Under the pieces are notes generated by a model. It was given only the letters and a program-made list of their open reading frames with translations, had not been told where the DNA came from and did not search any database. A stretch of DNA of 64,000 bases from Isoptericola halotolerans. GTDB taxonomy: Bacteria; Actinomycetota; Actinomycetes; Actinomycetales; Cellulomonadaceae. Shown piece after piece: positions 1-7,538 of the stretch. Where the stretch lies: contig NZ_JABEZU010000004.1 of assembly GCF_013149785.1 (NCBI RefSeq), forward strand, positions 124,001-188,000. The letters run 5' to 3'. The position numbers and the translations under genes are program-made. The stretch's first letter is position 1. Each line of letters begins with the position of its first letter.

Positions 1-2
1 CC

Positions 3-1319
3 CGCGACTTCCTGGAACGCGCCGTCGACGTCGCCCACCGCGCTCGTGCGCCGCACGCGGAGGCCGACGCCCTGGCCTCCCTGGCCGTCATCGAGGTGGG
101 CGACCCGGAGACGGCGGCCCGGCTGATCGAGTCCGCGATGCACCGCGCGGTGGACGCGGGCAGCCTGACCGCCGAGATGCGCTGCCGGTACAACCTCGCC
201 ACGACGTGGTACTACGCGGGCCACCTGGACCGTGCGGCGGACCTGGTGGCCAGCGGGCTGGCCCGGGCGGAGGAGACCGCGACGACCCGCAGCTCCGTCG
301 GGATCTCGATGCGGATGATCGCCGAGCTCCTGCGCTACGTGCGTGGTGACCTCTCGGCGCCCCCGCCACGCGACGGCATCCCGGCGCTGGAGGCCATGGT
401 GATGGAGAGCGCCGGCCTGTACGCCGCCGTCGCGCGCGGCGACGACCAGGTCCTCGACCGGACGGAGGCGTTGCGCAAGGACTGGGACGTCGACGGGTTC
501 GTCGCCCTCATCTCGGGCGGCTGCCGCATCGACGCCCTCACCTTCGCCGGGCGGTACGACGAGGCGGCCGCGCTCGCCGAGGCCGTCGTCGAGCATCTCG
601 GTGCCGTGTGGAGCACGTACTTCCTGGGCCGCATCTGGATCTCGGCCCTGGCGCTGGCCGCGCTGGCCGACGCCGCCGAGGAGGCTGCCGTCGGAGGCAC
701 CGACCCGCGTCGCGAGGAACAGCGCCGCTCGGGCGACGAGCTGCTCGCGGTGGCCCGCGAGACGGCCGAGCGGGGCCGCCCCCGCGGTGGCGTCCTGGGG
801 CCGGAGGGGCGCGCCTGGTTGCGCCGGGCCGAGGCGGAGCACGCGCGGCTCGTGGCCGCCACCGACGGCACGCCCGCCGACCCCGCCGTCTGGGAGTCCA
901 CCGTGCGCGAGTTCTCCTACGGCTACCGCTACGAGGTGGCGCGGTCGCGGTTCCGCTGGGCGCAGGCCCTGCGGGCCGCCGGTGATCGCGCGGCCGCCGA
1001 GCTGGAGGCTGCCGAGGCGCTGCGCGAGGCACGCGACATGGGTGCCGGTCCGTTGGCCGACGCCGTGCTCGCCTGGGCACGGCGCGCCCGGGTCGCGGTC
1101 CCGGGAGCTCGCCGGGAGACGTCCACGCTCACCGACCGGGAGGAGCAGGTGCTCGAGCTGGTGGCGCAGGGGCTGTCGAACCGGCAGATCGGCGAACGGC
1201 TCTACATCTCCACCAAGACCGTCAGCGTCCACGTCTCGAACGTCCTCGCCAAGCTGGGGGTCTCGGGTCGGGCGGAGGCTGTCGCCGTGGCCACCCGCCG
1301 CGGTCTGCTCACCGTCTGA
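3..1319 (+). CDS. Large LuxR-family transcriptional regulator (MalT/LAL-like), 5'-partial
   Basis: Frame is open from the window edge; helical repeat region; C-terminal LuxR HTH LTDREEQVLELVAQGLSNRQIGERLYISTKTVSVHVSNVLAKLG. Confidence 0.9.
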   Translation, partial: RDFLERAVDVAHRARAPHAEADALASLAVIEVGDPETAARLIESAMHRAVDAGSLTAEMRCRYNLATTWYYAGHLDRAADLVASGLARAEETATTRSSVGISMRMIAELLRYVRGDLSAPPPRDGIPALEAMVMESAGLYAAVARGDDQVLDRTEALRKDWDVDGFVALISGGCRIDALTFAGRYDEAAALAEAVVEHLGAVWSTYFLGRIWISALALAALADAAEEAAVGGTDPRREEQRRSGDELLAVARETAERGRPRGGVLGPEGRAWLRRAEAEHARLVAATDGTPADPAVWESTVREFSYGYRYEVARSRFRWAQALRAAGDRAAAELEAAEALREARDMGAGPLADAVLAWARRARVAVPGARRETSTLTDREEQVLELVAQGLSNRQIGERLYISTKTVSVHVSNVLAKLGVSGRAEAVAVATRRGLLTV

Positions 1320-1352
1320 CCTGCGATCCCCGACACGGCGAAGGAGCCCTCT

Positions 1353-1964
1353 GTGAACGCGTTGCCCGACACGAAGCAGATGCTGCTGCACTACCTGCAC
1401 GACGTCCGCGAGTCCCTGGTGTGGAAGACGCAGGGGCTCTCGGAGCGGGAGCTGCGCATGCCGCGCACCCCCACCGGGACCAACCTGCTCGGACTGATCA
1501 AGCACGCCGCGAGCGTCGAGGCCGGGTACTTCGGGGAGGTCTTCGGACGGCCCTGGCCGACGCCGGAGGAGCTGCCCACGGAGGCCCAGGTCGACGAGGA
1601 CCCGAACGTGGACTTCTACGCGACGGCCGACGAGTCGGCGGAGCACATCATCGATCTCTACCGCCGCGTCGCGACGTTCGCCGACACCACCATCACCGAG
1701 CTGCCCCTGGACGCCCCGGGCCGCGTGCCGTGGTGGGGAGACAGGGGTGACGTCACCTTGCAGCGGATCGTCGTGCACGTCATCGACGACCTCAGCCGGC
1801 ACGCGGGTCACGCGGACATCCTGCGCGAGGAGATCGACGGGGCCGTCGGGCTGATCCCGCGGGCCACGAACATCCCCGACATCGACCAGGCCGCCTACGT
1901 GACGAAGCTCCGAGCGCTCGCCGAGCAGTTCCCGGCGTCGTCGTCGCGGGGGCAGGGACAATAG
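1353..1964 (+). CDS. DinB-superfamily protein (DUF664-like)
   Basis: TNLLGLIKHAASVE and HVIDDLSRHAGHADILRE metal-binding His motifs; AAGGAG RBS. Confidence 0.85.
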   Translation: MNALPDTKQMLLHYLHDVRESLVWKTQGLSERELRMPRTPTGTNLLGLIKHAASVEAGYFGEVFGRPWPTPEELPTEAQVDEDPNVDFYATADESAEHIIDLYRRVATFADTTITELPLDAPGRVPWWGDRGDVTLQRIVVHVIDDLSRHAGHADILREEIDGAVGLIPRATNIPDIDQAAYVTKLRALAEQFPASSSRGQGQ

Positions 1965-1968
1965 GTCG

Positions 1969-3237
1969 GTGCAGTGCCCCCACTACGACGCCCGCCGGTG
2001 CCGGTCGTGCACCCTGATCGAGATCGACCGCCCCACGCAGGTGGCCGGCAAGGAGGCGCACGTCCGTGACCTGCTCGCGGCGCACGACGTCACGTGGCTC
2101 CCGGCCGTCACCGGTGCCGAGTCCGGGTTCCGCAACAAGGCGAAGATGGTGGTCACCGGGACCGTCGACGCACCGGTGCTCGGGATCGTCGGCCCGCCGG
2201 GCCCGTACGCCGGCCAGAGCGTCGACCTCACGGACTGCGGCCTCTACCCGCCCGCCCTGCAGGCGGCGTTCGGCCCGCTGGCGGAGCTGATCACCCGGGC
2301 ACGCCTCCAGCCGTACGACCTCTCGCCCGCCGCGACGCCCGACCGCGACGGCCCGGGCACCTCCGCCCGCCGCCGCAAGGTCACCCCCCGCGACGCCGCC
2401 CGCCGCGGCGAGCTCAAGCACCTCCTGGTGACCCTCTCCCCGGACGGCGAGCTCATGGTCCGCCTCGTGCTGCGCTCCACCGAGGCCGTCGCCCGGATCC
2501 GCAAGCACCTGCCCTGGCTCCAGGCGGCGCTGCCGGGCCTGGCGGTACTGAGCGTCAACGTCCAGCCGGTCCATGCCGCGGTGCTCGAGGGCGAGCAGGA
2601 GATCGTGCTCACCGAGCGCGAGACGCTGCCGATGCGGGTCGACGGCATCACCCTGCACCTGCGCCCGCAGAGCTTCTTCCAGACCAACACCGAGGTGGCC
2701 GCAGCCCTGTACCGGCAGGCCCGGGCCTGGGTCGACGAGGTCGCCCCGGCGTCGCTGTGGGACCTGTACTGCGGGGTCGGTGGCTTCGCGCTGCACTGTG
2801 CAGCACCAGGCAGGTCGGTGACGGGCATCGAGATCTCGGCGGAGGCCGTGGCCTCGGCGACCACGACGGCGGGTGAGCTGGCCGCGCTGCCGGCGGACGC
2901 CGTCGTCGGCGGGCACGACGCCGCGTGGTGGCGCGCCGCGACGGCGAACCTCACCTTCGACGCGGGGGACGCGACGGGGTTCGCGCTCGGGACGGACGCC
3001 GACCCGGAACTCGTGGTGGTCAACCCGCCGCGACGCGGGATCGGGACGGACCTGGCGCGGCGGCTGGAGGCCTCGAACGCGCGGCACGTGCTGTACTCGA
3101 GCTGTCACGCGGTGACGCTCGCGCGCGACCTGGCCGAGATGCCGTCGCTGCGCCCCCGGCGGGCCGTGCTGCTCGACATGTTCCCGCAGACGGACCACTA
3201 CGAGGTGCTGGTCCTCCTCGAGCGCTCGCGGGCGTAG
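1969..3237 (+). CDS. rlmC: 23S rRNA (uracil-C5)-methyltransferase, RlmC/RumB-like
   Basis: N-terminal Cys cluster (C..CRSC), FRNKAKM, SFFQTN, DLYCGVGGF, NPPRRG, YSSC, DMFPQTDHYE. Confidence 0.85.
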   Translation: MQCPHYDARRCRSCTLIEIDRPTQVAGKEAHVRDLLAAHDVTWLPAVTGAESGFRNKAKMVVTGTVDAPVLGIVGPPGPYAGQSVDLTDCGLYPPALQAAFGPLAELITRARLQPYDLSPAATPDRDGPGTSARRRKVTPRDAARRGELKHLLVTLSPDGELMVRLVLRSTEAVARIRKHLPWLQAALPGLAVLSVNVQPVHAAVLEGEQEIVLTERETLPMRVDGITLHLRPQSFFQTNTEVAAALYRQARAWVDEVAPASLWDLYCGVGGFALHCAAPGRSVTGIEISAEAVASATTTAGELAALPADAVVGGHDAAWWRAATANLTFDAGDATGFALGTDADPELVVVNPPRRGIGTDLARRLEASNARHVLYSSCHAVTLARDLAEMPSLRPRRAVLLDMFPQTDHYEVLVLLERSRA

Positions 3238-3265
3238 GACGGGGCCGGTCGGGCCCGGTGTCGCG

Positions 3266-4717
3266 TCAGCCGTGGTCCCAGAGGACGAGGCGCGCGCCCG
3301 GCTCGGACCCCGGCTCGCCGCTCACCGTCACGTCGACCGCGCCGCGCCTGGCGTTGGCCGTCCAGACCCGCCAGTGGTCGCCCCACCCGAGCTCTGCCTT
3401 GGTGTAGCCCTCCACCGGCTCGACCGCGACGATCTCCGCGCCGTCGGTCGGCACCACACGGAACCAGCCGATCCCTCCCACCATCAGGGTGATCGTGTCG
3501 ACCACCGGCTGCGGCTCCACCGGGGGGTCGGTCGGCGGGTCGGTCGGGGTGGTCGGCGGTGGGTCGGTCGGTGGCGGGCTGGTCACCGGCGCCGACGGCT
3601 CGGCCGGTCGCGTCGGCTCGACCGGTTCCTGCGTCGGCGGCTGCTCGGGCGCCGTCGCACCCGGCTCCGGGTCGCCGGCAGGATCGTCGGCAGGCTCGTC
3701 GGCGGACGGCGTGTCTGCCGCGGGATCGCGCTCCTGGTCGGGTTCCCGGACCGTCTGCGGCCGGGGGCCTGCGGGATCCTCCGCCGGTGGCGGGGCGGGA
3801 TCGGACTCCGGCGTCTCCGTCGGCCCGGGCTGCGTCGGGTCGTCCGTCGGGTCGTCCGTCGGGCCAGGTTCCGACGGCGCGACCGACGGCGCAGCATCCG
3901 CCGCGGACGACGGCGGAACGGCGGGCTGCTCGGCGACCGACGGCGGGGCGGCCGGCGGCGACGGGTCGGCACCGGACCCGACGACGGCCACCGCGGCGAC
4001 CGCCAGCGCTGCCGCCCCGACGCCGGCGGCGAGGCCGACCGGCCGGCCGAAGACCTGGCGCAGCCCGCGCAGGACCCACTCGCCGGCGGCGGTCGTCGCC
4101 GCCACGACAGTCCCCCACCACGCCAGCAGCCCGCCGCTCGACGCCGCGGCACCGGCCGCCCCCACGACGACCGGACCTGCGGCACCCGTGACCGCGAGCC
4201 CACCCACGAGCAACGGGGCGGTGTCCCGCAGCGCCCAGCTGGCGTGCCGCACGTCGATGAACGCCCGCATGCAGCCGGCGCACCCGAACAGGTGGTCCTC
4301 CAGCTCCTGCCGCCGTCCGGGGCCGAGGTGGTGACGCACGTAGTCGTGCAGGGCGCCGCGGGTCTGCATGCAGAGCTGCTGCCCGGCACCGCGGGCGTGG
4401 GCCGCGGTCAGCGCCCGGGCCAGACGGTCCTCGGCTGCCCGGAGCCGTCGGACGGCGGCCCGCACGTGGATCCCCGACTCGCGGGCGACGGTCTCGATCG
4501 GCCGCTCGAGCACGTGCTGGTCCCACAGGAGCTGCTGGTCGCCGTGCGGGAGGGTGGCCAGTGCGGTCCGCACGACGTCGGCGTCGACGCTCCCGGCCGC
4601 GCCGGGCGCCTCGTCCATGCCGCTCTCGGAGGCCTGCGTCGCGGCCCGCATGCGCCGGATCGCCTCGTCCGCCGCGCGACTGCTCGACGGGGCGGCACCC
4701 TCGTCGCTGGCGGTCAT
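3266..4717 (-). CDS. Sigma-4-like + zf-HC2 zinc-finger membrane protein with Pro-rich linker (ECF sigma/anti-sigma fusion lacking sigma-2)
   Basis: ALATLP..QQLLW sigma-4-like segment; HLFGCAGC (HxxxCxxC); hydrophobic helices; Pro/Thr/Asp-rich stalk; short C-terminal beta domain. Confidence 0.7.
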   Translation of the reverse strand: MTASDEGAAPSSSRAADEAIRRMRAATQASESGMDEAPGAAGSVDADVVRTALATLPHGDQQLLWDQHVLERPIETVARESGIHVRAAVRRLRAAEDRLARALTAAHARGAGQQLCMQTRGALHDYVRHHLGPGRRQELEDHLFGCAGCMRAFIDVRHASWALRDTAPLLVGGLAVTGAAGPVVVGAAGAAASSGGLLAWWGTVVAATTAAGEWVLRGLRQVFGRPVGLAAGVGAAALAVAAVAVVGSGADPSPPAAPPSVAEQPAVPPSSAADAAPSVAPSEPGPTDDPTDDPTQPGPTETPESDPAPPPAEDPAGPRPQTVREPDQERDPAADTPSADEPADDPAGDPEPGATAPEQPPTQEPVEPTRPAEPSAPVTSPPPTDPPPTTPTDPPTDPPVEPQPVVDTITLMVGGIGWFRVVPTDGAEIVAVEPVEGYTKAELGWGDHWRVWTANARRGAVDVTVSGEPGSEPGARLVLWDHG

Positions 4718-4849
4718 GCGGTCCCTCGTTCCGTGCGTTCACCTGGGCTCTCTCGGCGCGGAGCGCCGCACCGGCGCCATTGTGGCAGCGCACGGACGCC
4801 GGGCGGAAATCACCCGGCGCCCGTCGGCCCTGCTTGGAACGCAGGCTCC

Positions 4850-5917
4850 TCAGACCTGCGGCTGCAGCGCCTCCGCGGCGACCAGCGACCAGAGGTCCTT
4901 GGGGTCGGTCGGCTCGGCGATCAGGTCGACCTGCTGCAGGAGCTCGCCGGCAGCAGGGTCGGCGAGGACCGCGGCGTGGACGTAGCGCAGGGCGGTCCAG
5001 TCCTCGACGGCGAACCCGACGGAGTCGAACACGGTCACCTGGTCGCCGTTGGTCCGCCCGGGGGCGTCCCCGGTGAGGATCTGCCACAGCTCGGTGAGCT
5101 CGGAGTCCGCCGGGAGCTGCTGGATCTCGCCCTCGATGCGGGTCTGCGGCTCGTACTCGACGACGACGGCGGTCCCGGGCGCGGTGAGGATGCTCGCCTC
5201 GAGCTCGGTCTTGCCCGGGCAGTCACCACCGATGGCGTTGATGTGGACGCCGGGGGCGGCGTCGGCGAGCATCGCGTGGGTGAGCACCGTGGCGTTGCGC
5301 TTGTCCGCGGTGCAGGTGGTGATGACGTCGGCGCCGCGGACGGCGTCGGCGGCGCTGGTCGCGTCGTGCACCTCGAAGCCGAGGCTGCGGGCGTTGCGCA
5401 CCAGCTTCTCGCGGGCGGCGGGGTCCACGTCCCAGGCACGGAGCCGGTTGATGCCCAGGGCGGAGCGCATCCCGAGCGCCTGGAACTCGGCCTGGCTGCC
5501 GGTGCCGATCAGTGCGAGCGTCCGGGAGTCCTTCCGGGCGAGCGTGCGCGCGGCGAGGGCCGACGTCGCGGCGGTGCGCAGCGCGGTGAGGAGCGTCATC
5601 TCCGCGACGAAGGTGGGGTAGCCGTTGTGCACGTCGGCCAGCACCCCGAACGCGGTGACGGTCTGGAAGCCACGCTGCGGGTTCACGGGGTGACCGTTGA
5701 CGTACTTGAAGCCGTACGTCGCGCCGTCGGAGGTCGGCATGAGCTCGATGACGCCCTCCGCGGAGTGCGAGGCGATGCGGGGACGCTTGTCGAGGTCGGG
5801 CCAGCGACGGAAGTCGGCGGCGAGCGCGTCGGTGAGCTCGCCGATGATCCGCTCCGGGCCGCGCTCGGCGATCCAGCGGGCGGCGGCGGGGACGTCCAGC
5901 AGGTCGACGGTGGTCAT
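4850..5917 (-). CDS. ocd: Ornithine cyclodeaminase
   Basis: FKYVNGHP, LTALRTAATS, IGTGSQ, GGDCPGKTE, FDSVGFAVED; ATGA overlap with upstream gene and AGGAGG RBS. Confidence 0.92.
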   Translation of the reverse strand: MTTVDLLDVPAAARWIAERGPERIIGELTDALAADFRRWPDLDKRPRIASHSAEGVIELMPTSDGATYGFKYVNGHPVNPQRGFQTVTAFGVLADVHNGYPTFVAEMTLLTALRTAATSALAARTLARKDSRTLALIGTGSQAEFQALGMRSALGINRLRAWDVDPAAREKLVRNARSLGFEVHDATSAADAVRGADVITTCTADKRNATVLTHAMLADAAPGVHINAIGGDCPGKTELEASILTAPGTAVVVEYEPQTRIEGEIQQLPADSELTELWQILTGDAPGRTNGDQVTVFDSVGFAVEDWTALRYVHAAVLADPAAGELLQQVDLIAEPTDPKDLWSLVAAEALQPQV

Positions 5918-6861
5918 GCGCGGGCCTCCTTCGCGCTCTGCGGGACGGTGGGGCTTGGTGCGGGGCGCAGCTCGAGGGTGCAGCACTTGACCGAGCCGCC
6001 TCCCTTGAGGAGCTCAGAGAGGTCGATGCCGACGGGCTCGAAGCCGCGCCCGCGCAGGGAGGCGTGCATGCCGGTGGCCCGGTCGGACAGGAACACGTGC
6101 CGGCCGTCGCTGACCGCGTTGAGGCCGAGGACGACGGCGTCCTCCTCCGTCGCCTCGATCGCGTCCGGGTAGCGCTCGCGCAGCACAGCCTGCGACTCCG
6201 GGGTGAAGGCCTCCGGGAAGAAGGCGATCTCGGCGCGGGTGCCGCCGTCGGACCTGGTGCCGGCCGGGCTGAGCACCGCGAGCGCGGTGTCGAGGTGGTA
6301 GAAGCGCGGGTCGACGAGCTCGAGCGTGACGACCTCGACGTCGAGCCGGGCGGCGACCTCGGCGTGCGCGGCGCGGGTGGTGCGGAAGCCGGTGCCGGCG
6401 AGCATGACCTCCCCGTCCCAGAGCAGGTCGCCCTCGCCCTCGTTGCGCTCGGCCGCCTGGCCGAGGCTGGTGACGCCGCGGGCCGGCCCGGAGGCGTTCA
6501 GCCAGGACTCGTAGGCGGTGCCCTCGGGCTGACGCTCGGGGTGGGTGAAGCGAGCGGCGAGCGCCTTGCCGCCGACGACGATGCCGCCGTTGGCCGCGTA
6601 GACCATGTCGGGCAGGCCGGGTACCGGGGAGATGACGTCGACGATGTGGCCGCGGCTCTCGTAGGCGGCCTTGAGCGCCTGCCACTGCACGACGGCGTGG
6701 CCGGCGTCGACGGGCACGGTGACGTCCATCCACGGGTTGATCGCGTACACCACGTCGAAGTGGACGGGCGGGCACATGAGGAAGCGGCGCGGGGTGGCCG
6801 TGCGCGCCCGGGTGGGCTGCAGGGCGGTCGCCGGAGGGGTGGCGGGTGTGAGCAACGTCAT
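5914..6861 (-). CDS. Dimethylarginine dimethylaminohydrolase / amidinotransferase-family protein
   Basis: YAINPWM, LPDMVYAAN, EGEGD, FYHLDTAL, GGGSVKCCT. Confidence 0.9.
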   Translation of the reverse strand: MTLLTPATPPATALQPTRARTATPRRFLMCPPVHFDVVYAINPWMDVTVPVDAGHAVVQWQALKAAYESRGHIVDVISPVPGLPDMVYAANGGIVVGGKALAARFTHPERQPEGTAYESWLNASGPARGVTSLGQAAERNEGEGDLLWDGEVMLAGTGFRTTRAAHAEVAARLDVEVVTLELVDPRFYHLDTALAVLSPAGTRSDGGTRAEIAFFPEAFTPESQAVLRERYPDAIEATEEDAVVLGLNAVSDGRHVFLSDRATGMHASLRGRGFEPVGIDLSELLKGGGSVKCCTLELRPAPSPTVPQSAKEARA

Positions 6862-6983
6862 GGCGCGACGCTAGGGGGCGACTCGTTCCGCATCTTGTTA
6901 CGAATCTTGCGTGCGAGCCCCAGGATCAGCATGATTCGTTACCCTTGTCACAACGAAGCGCCGCCCTGCTGGAGGAGACCGCC

Positions 6984-7427
6984 GTGGACGACATCAACCG
7001 CCGGATCGTGGGCCTCCTGCTGCGGGACGGGAGGGCCTCCTTCGCGGAGATCGGCGAGACCGTGGGGCTCTCGGCGCCGGCCGTGAAGCGCCGGGTCGAC
7101 CGCATGCAGGCCCGTGGCGAGATCTCCGGCTTCACGGTGCGGGTCTCGCCGGAGCAGCTCGGCTGGCGCATCGAGGCCTACGTGGAGATCTTCTGCCGCG
7201 GGAACATCTCGCCCGCGGCGCTGGAGCGCGACTTCGGCTCGATCCCCGAGGTGGTCCGCGTGGACACCATCACCGGGGAGGCGGACGCCCTGGTGCAGAT
7301 CATGGCGGACTCGATGGCGGACGTGGAGCGGATCGTCGAGTCGTTCCGGGTCGGGGCCCGGGTGGACAAGACCCGCACCGCGATCGTCATGTCCCGGGTC
7401 ATCGACCGCCCGGTGCGCGCCGACTGA
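6984..7427 (+). CDS. Lrp/AsnC-family regulator, divergent from the ddah-ocd operon
   Basis: DGRASFAEIGETVGLSAPAVKRRVDRM HTH; TGEAD motif; GGAGGAG RBS before GTG at 6984. Confidence 0.9.
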   Translation: MDDINRRIVGLLLRDGRASFAEIGETVGLSAPAVKRRVDRMQARGEISGFTVRVSPEQLGWRIEAYVEIFCRGNISPAALERDFGSIPEVVRVDTITGEADALVQIMADSMADVERIVESFRVGARVDKTRTAIVMSRVIDRPVRAD

Positions 7428-7439
7428 CCCGAGCCCCAC

Positions 7440-7515
7440 GTGTTGTGGGCGCGATTCCTGGGCCAGATATGCCCCCGCAAGGGGCATATCGGGCCAGGAA
7501 TCGCGCCCACAACAC
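7440..7515. repeat. Long imperfect palindrome (REP-like) between convergent genes
   Basis: GTGTTGTGGGCGCGATTCCTGG...ATATGCCCC-cGCAA-GGGGCATAT...CCAGGAATCGCGCCCACAACAC; arms about 35 bp. Confidence 0.9.
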
Positions 7516-7538
7516 TCGTGGTCGATCGGTGACTCAGG

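Noticed and set aside
3272..6172. 966-aa ORF and similar long ORFs (12175-14826, 37409-40315, 48066-50714)
   Set aside because: Antisense shadows of well-supported genes, typical of high-GC DNA; Arg/Gly/Pro-rich with no motifs.
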